Assembly (NCBI GenBank): GCA_964360585.1 | Contig: CAYHXC010000002.1 | Span: 5,641 to 69,640, forward strand | Direction: 5' to 3' | Length of the DNA stretch: 64,000 nt | DNA from: an uncultured Candidatus Saccharibacteria bacterium | GTDB lineage: Bacteria; Patescibacteriota; Minisyncoccia; UBA6257; 2-01-FULL-56-20 | Part shown: positions 1 through 8,216 of the stretch, in pieces | Numbering within the stretch: the stretch's first letter is position 1 | Layout of the letters: each line of letters begins with the position of its first letter | Notes under the pieces: model-generated | Told to the model about the DNA's origin: nothing | Databases searched by the model: none | What the model saw: the letters and a program-made list of their open reading frames with translations, nothing else | Made by a program: the position numbers and the translations under genes

Positions 1-372
1 CCCCTGCTCTTCGGTATAGGCATCGAGCAGTTCGTGTCCAAAGGGAAGTTCTTTCGCAATATCCTGTAACGCCTGGCCTTCGGCTAAGCGACCGTATTTT
101 TGATGCACATAGTTCAGATCGGAAGTTCGTCCTTCACCAAAATCATGGACGAGACAGAGAAATAAGAGCCGCTCTTTATTTGCTTCCGGAACAAGATGCG
201 ACATAACATAGCCGATCATCGTTGTCCGGAATAAGTGCTCTGCAACGGACTGCGTCCCTGTCCCTAAAAACCACAAACCAGACCGCGGCGTCTTGGCCAA
301 AATTCCCGACTCATACACAAAGTTAGCTAGGACTTTAAAATTTTTTGGAGATTTTCGTTTCTTTGAAGGCAT
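1..372 (-). CDS. HD-domain phosphohydrolase (YfbR-like 5'-deoxynucleotidase family), 3' end outside window
   Basis: Minus-strand frame translates MPSKKRKSPKNFKVLANFVYESGILAKTPRSGLWFLGTGTQSVAEHLFRTTMIGYVMSHLVPEANKERLLFLCLVHDFGEGRTSDLNYV..., an HD motif context. The ATG is at 372. The listed 68-aa ORF 335..541 is a different frame and likely spurious. Confidence 0.6.
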   Translation of the reverse strand, partial: MPSKKRKSPKNFKVLANFVYESGILAKTPRSGLWFLGTGTQSVAEHLFRTTMIGYVMSHLVPEANKERLLFLCLVHDFGEGRTSDLNYVHQKYGRLAEGQALQDIAKELPFGHELLDAYTEEQG

Positions 373-649
373 ATTCTAAAATGTGCGAACTTTCCAAACG
401 ACCGAGGTTTTTCCAGTGGTTTTTAAATACTTCCCAAGTTCTTTTTGCCAACTCGACCACTCCCGGTAACTGTCCAACCCCACCCGCAGTAGTATTTTCC
501 ATGTCCTTAGTATAACAGATATAATGATTTCTTGATTCCATGGCCTATTCCTTTTTCCGCTCTTGACACTATGTTACTTTTATGATTTTATTTAATCAGG
601 AAGACGGAGATTTTGAACACTAACCGCCTTTTGAAAAGAGAGGTTTTAT

Positions 650-1741
650 ATGAAGTTACAGAGAACGGCCTGGCACTTCCGAGTGTACATGAAGGCCTAC
701 GTCACCGATCGTTCCTGGCTCGATCATGGGAACATCGGTCCGGTAGAACGTCCGAGACTACTGGAAGAAGAGGCTTATCACGCATTTGAGGAGAAGATGC
801 GGAGTATGCCCCCCGAACAGCAGTTCGGACAGGAAACGCGAGATGAGTTACTGAAACTCGAGGGAGCGTGGCAGAAGGCCGACAATGACTGGCGCCAAGA
901 GCAGGAAGCGGCCTACACAGAAAGCAGATCTCGTGAAGTCCGGGAACGACTGTATGCGGGAAAGACCTCGCTCTGTCCGTACTTCTGGAGTGTCGTCTTC
1001 GGCCTGGTGATCTACTACGGCGTCGTCCGTAGTACCCGGCCTATCTGGCAGATGTTCAGTCGGATCGCCATCTCTGAAGCCGCCGCCCTGTCTGCCATAG
1101 GTCTTGTGATCGTAGCTTTCATCGGCTATGGAGCTTACGAAAGCTGGAACGAGATCCCGACTCCGAGACAATTCGTCACGGGTATCGTGGTCGACGTCCA
1201 GCGATCTCGACAGAGGAGTGCAGAAGATGCCGCGTCGCAAGCAGCTTACGAGGCACTGCGACTCCGAGAACGACAAGCGTGGGAAGTAGCCCATCCGGAA
1301 GAAGTGGCGCATCGTCACCAACAACAGGTGGCGTACGAGCAAGAACAGGAACAACGGAATGTAGCCCGGCGAGCCGCTATGTGGTCGAAATTCAAAAAAG
1401 ACTTCAAGCGACTCTCCGTGGAAGGTGGCCTGTTCCTCGCCAAGCTCCTCGCTCTTTTCGTCGGAGGATTGGCAGCTCTCGCCCTTCTGTTCTACATTCT
1501 CGGCCGGACTTTCACCTTTCTGGCATGGCTCCTTCGGCCCATCGCCAGACGATTGTCCTTCCGATCGGTGCCGGAAACGGGAATTCGCGCCTGGATAGTT
1601 CGCCAGCTACAGCGAGTGGTGGGTGCATGGGTAGCGTGGCAGCAGTTCTGGAAAGAAACTCGCGAGCTCGTCGGTGCATTTGCCTGGGCAAGATATAAGA
1701 AGCTCTGCCCGTACCTTGAAGTCGCGAACAGCGAGAACTAA
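650..1741 (+). CDS. hypothetical membrane protein (GC-rich, charged QE-rich segments plus TM helices)
   Basis: 363-aa ORF with several hydrophobic helices. GC is clearly higher than most of the window. Confidence 0.5.
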   Translation: MKLQRTAWHFRVYMKAYVTDRSWLDHGNIGPVERPRLLEEEAYHAFEEKMRSMPPEQQFGQETRDELLKLEGAWQKADNDWRQEQEAAYTESRSREVRERLYAGKTSLCPYFWSVVFGLVIYYGVVRSTRPIWQMFSRIAISEAAALSAIGLVIVAFIGYGAYESWNEIPTPRQFVTGIVVDVQRSRQRSAEDAASQAAYEALRLRERQAWEVAHPEEVAHRHQQQVAYEQEQEQRNVARRAAMWSKFKKDFKRLSVEGGLFLAKLLALFVGGLAALALLFYILGRTFTFLAWLLRPIARRLSFRSVPETGIRAWIVRQLQRVVGAWVAWQQFWKETRELVGAFAWARYKKLCPYLEVANSEN

Positions 1742-1856
1742 GTTTGGATCTTGCGAGCCTGCAACTCTTCGGAGTTGTGGGCTCTTTTAAATTTATATTT
1801 TCGAAATTTCTTTTTGCCTCAATTACTTGACCCTCCACTACAAACTCAAGAAAAAG

Positions 1857-1893
1857 AAAAACACCCTGACGAGTAAGGTGTTTTTCTTTTTGA
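1857..1893. terminator. hairpin terminator (aaaaacacc/ggtgttttt stem plus T-run)
   Basis: A 9-bp perfect stem with an 11-nt loop followed by ctttttg. It follows the 650..1741 gene. Confidence 0.45.
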
Positions 1894-2084
1894 TCGGGCT
1901 GCCCTCCTTCACTTATCAGTTTCGAAGGACACAGTAAAACTATGGCGGACAAGAAAGCTTCGGCAAAGCTGAGCTTAGCTCTGCGGGACAAGCGAACCCG
2001 AAGCCATTCTTCTTTTTGGTCGGGCTGCCCTCCTTCGTTAAAAACTACGGACGGGCAAGCCGGGAATGGTTCGATGAAGCTCAC

Positions 2085-2125
2085 CACAAGTCGAACCCGG
2101 TCTTTACGAACCTTCATCCCTCACC
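2085..2125 (-). pseudogene. degenerate copy of the tRNA-Pro 3' half (anticodon-stem/T-arm segment)
   Basis: Minus strand reads GGTTCGTAAAGACCGGGTTCGACTT. The intact tRNA-Pro has GGTTCGTAAAGACCGGGTTCAATTCCCGG. No cloverleaf can be closed. Confidence 0.5.
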
Positions 2126-2131
2126 TTTTGT

Positions 2132-2193
2132 TGGTCGGGGTACCCGGAATCGAACCGGGACCACACGCACCCTTGTCCCGTTAGAGAATGATC
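2132..2193 (-). pseudogene. tRNA 3' fragment (T-arm, acceptor 3' strand TACCCCG, discriminator A, encoded CCA) with no 5' half adjacent
   Basis: Minus strand reads ...GGTCCCGGTTCGATTCCGGGTACCCCGACCA. The T-stem is CCCGG/CCGGG with a TTCGATT loop. The matching CGGGGTA 5' strand lies on the other side of tRNA-Pro. Confidence 0.55.
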
Positions 2194-2195
2194 AG

Positions 2196-2266
2196 TCGGG
2201 CCGCCGGGAATTGAACCCGGTCTTTACGAACCCGAATCGCACGTACTACCGGTATACTACGGCCCG
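2196..2266 (-). tRNA. tRNA-Pro (anticodon CGG)
   Basis: Minus strand reads CGGGCCGTAGTATACCGGTAGTACGTGCGATTCGGGTTCGTAAAGACCGGGTTCAATTCCCGGCGGCCCGA. It has a 7-bp acceptor, anticodon loop TTCGGGT, T-stem CCGGG/CCCGG with TTCAATT loop, and no encoded CCA. Confidence 0.8.
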
Positions 2267-2316
2267 GTAATTCTCTAGCGGGATGAACGTGCGTACTACC
2301 ACTATACTATACCCCG
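2267..2316 (-). pseudogene. tRNA 5' fragment (acceptor 5' strand CGGGGTA plus D-arm) complementary to the 3' fragment at 2132..2193
   Basis: Minus strand reads CGGGGTATAGTATAGTGGTAGTACGCACGTTCATCC. The D-arm is near-identical to tRNA-Pro. CGGGGTA pairs perfectly with TACCCCG of the downstream fragment. Confidence 0.5.
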
Positions 2317-2546
2317 TATGTTTAAAAGGTGAGGGACAGGTCGCACGCCTGCCCGTCCGTAGTTCTGCATCGCAGAACGAAGGCGGGTACTACTCGCCTC
2401 GCTGACTCGGCCTTCGTAGCCACTCTGGCGAAGAAGACAACTCGAGCGAAGCGGGCCGGTATATCCCGACGTTACAGTCGGGATTCCGACTTCCTCATTA
2501 TATTCAAAATAGTGCGTCGGGACTACAGCTCGTTTGCAAATCAACT

Positions 2547-2939
2547 TTAGTGTCCCTTATTGTCCTCACTACCGTCAAGCTGAACAGGCTTACCCGAAGG
2601 AAAAGGAACATTCTCAGTAGAAACATTTTTCCATCTTCCTGATTCAACCGCTTGTCGTACGGCGGCCAGAGGATCTTCACGGAATGCCTGGCTCAGATGT
2701 TTCTCATCGTACCAAAGTGTATGTCCATCCGGAAATTCTTGGAATATTTCTTTCGTTACTCCATTACCGTCGAGCTCAAGAGTGCTTTTTATTTGAGTCG
2801 CAAGATCTTCAAAAACAACTCGTTCCAACCGACCGGTCGCTTGGTTAATCATGTGTGTGATCTTTATGCCTTCTTCGATTTTCATCAGATAGCGCCAGTG
2901 ACGCTCTTTCGGTTCACTCGGCTGTTCAAAAGGATTCAT
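2547..2939 (-). CDS. hypothetical protein
   Basis: 130-aa ORF with coding-like composition and no recognised motif. Confidence 0.5.
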   Translation of the reverse strand: MNPFEQPSEPKERHWRYLMKIEEGIKITHMINQATGRLERVVFEDLATQIKSTLELDGNGVTKEIFQEFPDGHTLWYDEKHLSQAFREDPLAAVRQAVESGRWKNVSTENVPFPSGKPVQLDGSEDNKGH

Positions 2940-2943
2940 AGAT

Positions 2944-4548
2944 TTATTTCACAAAAAATTTCTTTTTCATCTCCTCGTCGAGGCCGGACTGAAACTCCTC
3001 TTTGCGATTCTTAGCGGCAACCGCAATTTTTTTGAGCTCCGTATCGCTCATCTCTCCTAACGCCTTCACCCGATCTCTCAACCCCTCGGCCACATTCAAT
3101 TTCGGATCATCCAATACTTCTTCAAGAAGAATGGAGAGGATGAAGCCAACTCTGGGACTCGGCGGAATATCCAGAATACTCATCACATCGCTTCCGGTTA
3201 GTTTCAGCATTTTTGGCGAGATCGGATCATTCTTCACTTTTTCGATCATAAATAAAAGGTGCCGAATCTTGTACGGCACGGCCTTCGGTACACCCGAACC
3301 AATGCGATCAGCCTCACGCAATTTTATGAGATCATCAATATTTTCCGGACCAACCCGTGCTAAAAATCGTCGCACGCCGGCCTCGGTTACTTCGCCGACG
3401 TTGTAGTAAAACATGTGCGATCGGACAAGATGAGCCACATACTCCACAAAATCCTTGCCAAACCGAAGATCATCTAAAATCTGGAGCGTCATCTTCCCGC
3501 CAACCAACTCGTGATTATAGAACGTGGGCGGACTGCCTGGTCGCTTCGTTCGTGGCTTCCCCACATCATGCAGTAACGAGGCCACACGCACTTCGAGCGA
3601 ATAATTTTTCTTGGCCGAGTATTCCAGCGCTCGCAAGTTGTGTTCGAAAACTGTATAGATATGATGCCGCTCCTGGGATACGCCCAAACCTTCGCGCAAC
3701 TCCGGGAGAACATATTTCAAAAGATTCAGTTCTTCGAGAAGCACGATTCCCGCGGCCGCCCGATCAGACATGATAATTTTCACGAACTCGTCGCGGATAC
3801 GTTCCTTGGCAATCATTTCTAAAAGTCCTGCCTTGGCTTCAATCGCTTTCCGTGTTTCCGGGTCAATCTGAAAATCAAGTTCAGTCGCGAACCGCATCGC
3901 CCGCATTAAGCGCAGCGCGTCCTCGTTAAATCGTTCCTCCGGTTTCCCCACGGTCCGAATAGTTCGCGATTCCAGATCATCCTCCCCCCCAAATGGATCA
4001 ATAAGCTGGAAGGTTCTAGTTGTTCTATCTTCGCCGCTTGGCGAATCGTTCAATCGCTTCGCTCGTTCTAGCCGATTGCCTCTAACGACTCGAACGACTT
4101 CAACGTTTCGAACGTTTCTCACGTCCAACGCCATGGCGTTCACGGTGAAGTCGCGGCGCGAGAGATCCTCCTCAACCGTTTTTGCAAATCGCACTTCGTC
4201 CGGATGGCGCTTGTCGGTATACTTCCCTTCTTCGCGAAACGTCGTAACCTCAATAATTTTTAAGCGCGGATCTTCCGACTCGGTTTTTACACCAACCGTG
4301 CCAAACTGATTTTCGTAGACACTTTCGATAAATACTTTTTGAATCTGTTCCGGCGTGGCGTCGGTCGCAATATCCCAGTCTTTCGGCTCGCGCGCCAATA
4401 TGAGATCACGCACACAGCCACCAACCAGATAGGCCTGATACCCCACCTTAACAAGCGTATTTGCCGCTTCCTGAACCTCGTCGGGAATGTTCCTTAAATC
4501 TCTCATGGACATTGATACTACTATACGCAAAGCGGCGACGAATGACAA
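2944..4548 (-). CDS. cca: CCA-adding enzyme / tRNA nucleotidyltransferase with C-terminal HD domain
   Basis: Contains GGCVRDLILAREPKDWDIATDATPEQI (the PolyA_pol head with the DxD motif) and a C-terminal HD region (LLHDVGKP). The true start may be the internal Met at about 4512. Confidence 0.85.
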   Translation of the reverse strand: MSFVAALRIVVSMSMRDLRNIPDEVQEAANTLVKVGYQAYLVGGCVRDLILAREPKDWDIATDATPEQIQKVFIESVYENQFGTVGVKTESEDPRLKIIEVTTFREEGKYTDKRHPDEVRFAKTVEEDLSRRDFTVNAMALDVRNVRNVEVVRVVRGNRLERAKRLNDSPSGEDRTTRTFQLIDPFGGEDDLESRTIRTVGKPEERFNEDALRLMRAMRFATELDFQIDPETRKAIEAKAGLLEMIAKERIRDEFVKIIMSDRAAAGIVLLEELNLLKYVLPELREGLGVSQERHHIYTVFEHNLRALEYSAKKNYSLEVRVASLLHDVGKPRTKRPGSPPTFYNHELVGGKMTLQILDDLRFGKDFVEYVAHLVRSHMFYYNVGEVTEAGVRRFLARVGPENIDDLIKLREADRIGSGVPKAVPYKIRHLLFMIEKVKNDPISPKMLKLTGSDVMSILDIPPSPRVGFILSILLEEVLDDPKLNVAEGLRDRVKALGEMSDTELKKIAVAAKNRKEEFQSGLDEEMKKKFFVK

Positions 4549-4606
4549 AAGGATGACAACCAGAATTTAGGAATATTTTATGGATATAATCATGGGTAAA
4601 GATCTA

Positions 4607-4647
4607 AAAAGTAAATGACCCCTTCCGCGATGTATGCAGAAGGGGTC
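4607..4647. terminator. hairpin (gaccccttc ... gaaggggtc)
   Basis: A 9-bp perfect inverted repeat between cca and the GC-rich gene. Confidence 0.35.
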
Positions 4648-4694
4648 AAGGGGGTTGAGGGAACTAGGGGTCAGAGACCCAAGGTTCCCAGGGT

Positions 4695-5393
4695 TCAGGA
4701 ATTGCGAGAAAAGACCCGACGGCCGCCGTACCACCTGATGCCGCCCAAGGCACCGGCGCGCACGCCCCAGCCGTCATCACGCCAATCGACGTACACGGAA
4801 CGCAGCACGCTATTCACGTCGCGAACGTAGAAGATGTTCGCCCACCCGTTGTTGAGCAGGGCACCTTCTCCACCGTTCGACTGGGCAACCATGAGCCGCC
4901 AGATTTCCGAGAGAGTAACTTCCGCGACAGCTTCGCCACCGAGGTCGGCGATGACCTCGCTGTCGTTGGCGCTCTGGGTCAGCGTGAGTGGAACGAGCAA
5001 GCCGTCCGGCACGTCTTCCTCCACTTTGCTGGCAAACCAGCTAATGAAGTTCAAGCCATGCTCGACCATCTTCACACCGGACGACTTCGAGAAGAAAGTA
5101 TCATCCGCCTTGAACGGGCAGGATTCGACGGGCTTCGGCGCGACGGGACGGAGCACCTTGCGGATACGGGGTTTCTTCGGGCGGGTGCGGATGGCATCCA
5201 CCATTACGACGATCGCGGCCTTGGTCTCCTTTATCACAAACTGGCGATCAACCCTACTGAGAGCATTGAAACCTGTTTGATGAGCGACCAGTTCGCCCAC
5301 CAGTCTTGACGTTTGTGGATCCTGTTCTGCGGTCATAGCTTTCCTCCTTTTTGACCGTTTCAACAAAGTCCTGCTGTTGGGCTTGGCCTTCAT
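4695..5393 (-). CDS. hypothetical protein (GC-rich, likely acquired)
   Basis: 232-aa ORF with GC near 60 percent, well above its neighbours. The probable start is MTAEQDP at about 5336. Confidence 0.5.
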   Translation of the reverse strand: MKAKPNSRTLLKRSKRRKAMTAEQDPQTSRLVGELVAHQTGFNALSRVDRQFVIKETKAAIVVMVDAIRTRPKKPRIRKVLRPVAPKPVESCPFKADDTFFSKSSGVKMVEHGLNFISWFASKVEEDVPDGLLVPLTLTQSANDSEVIADLGGEAVAEVTLSEIWRLMVAQSNGGEGALLNNGWANIFYVRDVNSVLRSVYVDWRDDGWGVRAGALGGIRWYGGRRVFSRNS

Positions 5394-5508
5394 GGTTTCG
5401 CCACAGCTCGTAAAAGCTCGATTCTTCGGGCTCCTATGAGCTATAGCGAAATCTCGCTGGTTATCAAAGATCGACTACAATATAACAAATAAACGTTATT
5501 ATGTCAAA

Positions 5509-5793
5509 TCAGCGGATTTGAGCGCCAAACTCAGTCTTTGATTTTTCCTCTAAAGCTTTGTGCATCACGTCTACTTCTTCGTTGGTAAGTGTTCGGTCGT
5601 TGTTTCTATAGATAACGCGATAGGTGTAGCTTTTCTTATCTTTTCCAAACTTTTCCTCATTTTCATATTGATCCAGGAGTTCTACCTGCTCCACTAAATC
5701 TCCAGCCACATCACGGACTAAATCAAAATAATTATTTGGCGCGAAAGTTTTTGGCGAGCAAGCAAGGTGAGAGGTCTTGCGAGGCGAAGCCAT
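5509..5793 (-). pseudogene. duplicated, diverged 3' end of pheS (FDX-ACB-like C-terminal ~85 aa)
   Basis: Translation ...PKTFAPNNYFDLVRDVAGDLVEQVELLDQYENEEKFGKDKKSYTYRVIYRNNDRTLTNEEVDVMHKALEEKSKTEFGAQIR is near-identical to the pheS C-terminus at 6871..7125. Nucleotide identity is about 78 percent and extends about 40 bp past the stop. Confidence 0.7.
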
Positions 5794-5919
5794 GACCGCG
5801 CCTACATGAGCAAGATATAAAAATCATAGCACGCTTGTCTAAAAAGAATGAGCCTCCGAGCGTGGAACGCGCGGAGGCTCAAGGTTGCGAGAGGTTCAAC
5901 CTCTCAAATGAACAAGGTT

Positions 5920-6756
5920 CTACTCGGACTTCCGGGCAGAGGCGACACCAAGAAGAACGTAACGGACGTCGTCCCAGAAGCTGCCGACGAACAGACCATC
6001 CGAGCCGAAGTAACCAACAACGACCCGGATCCCGTCCGAATCCAGAGACATCGTACGGACGTAGAGATTCGGGAATAGCCGCTCTCCCGTGACCAAGAAG
6101 TACAAGACCACGGCATAGACGAGTTCGCACGCCCGGGGCACCTCTTCGCACTCGGAGAGCAACGCCTTCTGGTCATCGAAATTCTTCGACGTCGAGCCCA
6201 CGACCGCTTCTTTGCGAATCAGGTACCAACGGACCTCGAGCTTCTCGTCCTTCGCGAACGACTGGTTGTTGTACCACGCATCCTTGTAGGAGTAGAACGT
6301 CTTCGGCTTCTTGTTGGGTGCTTTTGCGCGCACGTCCAAGATCGTCATCGGAAATCCGGCAACCAGGATGTGCGTATCCTTGCACTTCTCCAGCACGACT
6401 TCCGAGAATGGGATCTCGGCAAGCAACGCGAGCTGCTCCTCGGTGTACGCTGCGCCAAATTGACGCACGACTTCCTCGATGCCGAGGTAGTTTTTGCCCA
6501 TAATCTCGCGGGCGCGGATCTGGGACGGCGTGGGTTTGTAGTTCACGATCACGGCAGAGATTGAGGCGATGATGCCGTTCCCCGCAACAAGCGCGACTAC
6601 CTTCTCGAACAGCTCTTCGTCGTGGGCGAGTTTCGCCCAGAAGTTCTGCCCAGCTCCGACCTTACGGCCGGTGACGACTGCTTCGTGGATGAGTCCGTTA
6701 TCCTTTCCGAAATTTTCACAGCTCTCATCCAGACGCACCATGGTATTTGCTGTCAT
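5920..6756 (-). CDS. hypothetical protein (GC-rich)
   Basis: 278-aa ORF lying between the pheS fragment and intact pheS. GC is elevated. Confidence 0.55.
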   Translation of the reverse strand: MTANTMVRLDESCENFGKDNGLIHEAVVTGRKVGAGQNFWAKLAHDEELFEKVVALVAGNGIIASISAVIVNYKPTPSQIRAREIMGKNYLGIEEVVRQFGAAYTEEQLALLAEIPFSEVVLEKCKDTHILVAGFPMTILDVRAKAPNKKPKTFYSYKDAWYNNQSFAKDEKLEVRWYLIRKEAVVGSTSKNFDDQKALLSECEEVPRACELVYAVVLYFLVTGERLFPNLYVRTMSLDSDGIRVVVGYFGSDGLFVGSFWDDVRYVLLGVASARKSE

Positions 6757-6870
6757 GACACACCTCCTAGGGATAGTTGGTGTCGGATCAATTTCCGACG
6801 GAATTTGAGTAAAACCCTATATATTTCAAAGGACGACAATATTTTAACAAATAAGTACTAAGATGTCAAG

Positions 6871-8031
6871 TTAGCGAATTTGGGCGCCAAACTCGGTTTT
6901 CGATTTTTCCTCAAGCGCCTTATGAAGCACGTCTACCTCTTCATTCGTCAATGTTCGATCACTACTGCGATAGATAACACGATAGGCATAACTCTTTTTA
7001 TCGGCGCCAAATTTCTCCGCGTTTTCATACTCATCAATCAACTCCACTTGCTCCACCAGATCACCCGCCACGTCGCGAACAAGATCAAAGTAATTATTCG
7101 GCGCAAATGTTTTTGGCACGACGAAAGAAATATCGCGAGTCACCGGCGGATACTTACTCACCTCCTGGAACTTCGTTCCCATCGTGAGCTGCTTCGTCAC
7201 CCGCTCGTCTTTGGACCAGAGAAGCCGAATATCCGGCAGTTCCATGCTACTAATAGCGAGCCGGTCCAAGCCGAATCCAAAGGCCCAACCGTTGTAGCCT
7301 TCGAGACCGAAGTTTTTCAAAACACTCTTTTTCGGCATTCCCCCGCCAAGCAACTCAATCCACTGGCCATTAATCTGAATCTCTACTTCGAGCGACGGAT
7401 CGGTATAAGGAAATGTATCCGGATTAAAACGATACACCGTCGACTCACCGAAAATTCCTTTTACAATCTGACTCAACACATTTTTAAGATCATCCAACAC
7501 CATCATTCCCTGGCTATCAGGCTGGAGATACAAACCACCGAACTGATGGAAGATGTTCATATGGCGACGATCGATCTCGTCCTTGCGATAGACCTTGCCG
7601 TAACAAACCACACCGAGCGGTTCCTGTTTGGCAATCTTTGCTTTGATCTCGGGAAGATTTAAATAGTAGTACCACATGACGGTGTCATGCGTACGCAAAA
7701 TATTTTTCGGATCGGCATAGTAGGTATCCGAAGCGCTTCGCGCCGGGTGGTCCGGAGCAAAGTCGAACAGATCAAAACTAACATCGACCGGCACAATCTC
7801 CGGAATAATGATGTTGTCAAAGTTCGCAAGCGCCGGAACCCGCTTTACCGATTCCACAATTTCGTGGAGCGGACTTGTCGTCGTGCGCGACAGATCGTCC
7901 ATCGCCAAGTACCGCTTAATCCGTCCGGCCTCGGCGTCAGTGCGCGGCTCGAGCGTCTTCCGAACCTGGTTTTCGTTGTCTCGATCAATCGTATATTCGG
8001 CTGACTGGGTAAGGGGCGAAGTGAAATCCAT
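6871..8031 (-). CDS. pheS: phenylalanine--tRNA ligase alpha subunit
   Basis: Carries the class II aaRS core (FPYTDPSLEVEI, GWAFGFGLDRLA) and ends ...SKTEFGAQIR. Confidence 0.95.
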   Translation of the reverse strand: MDFTSPLTQSAEYTIDRDNENQVRKTLEPRTDAEAGRIKRYLAMDDLSRTTTSPLHEIVESVKRVPALANFDNIIIPEIVPVDVSFDLFDFAPDHPARSASDTYYADPKNILRTHDTVMWYYYLNLPEIKAKIAKQEPLGVVCYGKVYRKDEIDRRHMNIFHQFGGLYLQPDSQGMMVLDDLKNVLSQIVKGIFGESTVYRFNPDTFPYTDPSLEVEIQINGQWIELLGGGMPKKSVLKNFGLEGYNGWAFGFGLDRLAISSMELPDIRLLWSKDERVTKQLTMGTKFQEVSKYPPVTRDISFVVPKTFAPNNYFDLVRDVAGDLVEQVELIDEYENAEKFGADKKSYAYRVIYRSSDRTLTNEEVDVLHKALEEKSKTEFGAQIR

Positions 8032-8145
8032 CCCGTTAGAAGCAGATCGCGATCAACGCATCCACACAATTATGTAATTTCAGGTTCGACATTTCATTAA
8101 AAAGCCCAGGGAAGCCAACTAAGCGATCGCGGCTTCTAACGGGAT
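8027..8145. promoter_or_regulatory. long-range inverted repeat (cccgttagaagc-gatcgcg ... cgatcgcggcttctaacggg) abutting the pheS start codon
   Basis: On the pheS mRNA, ...cttctaacgggATG lies directly before the start codon. It is complementary to a segment about 100 nt upstream. Confidence 0.5.
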
Positions 8146-8216
8146 CCATGGTTTTGATTGTAATCAAAGCAAGCCGCGAAAACAAACTTTTTACGTCGGG
8201 AGTAATTGACCGCCTC

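Noticed and set aside
335-541. 68-aa minus-strand ORF upstream of the HD gene
   Set aside because: It is in a different frame from the HD-domain ORF, which has its own ATG at 372. There is no support for it beyond being open.
2085-2316. Functional intron-containing or split tRNA assembled from the CGGGGTA 5' half and the TACCCCGACCA 3' half
   Set aside because: No acceptable anticodon stem-loop can be formed by joining the halves, and the intervening ~115 nt is too short for a group I intron. It is treated as tRNA fragments or att scars pending covariance-model testing.
4560-6870. Intact integrative element with integrase at pheS
   Set aside because: No tyrosine or serine recombinase ORF is present. 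Only the duplicated 3' end and the compositional anomaly remain.
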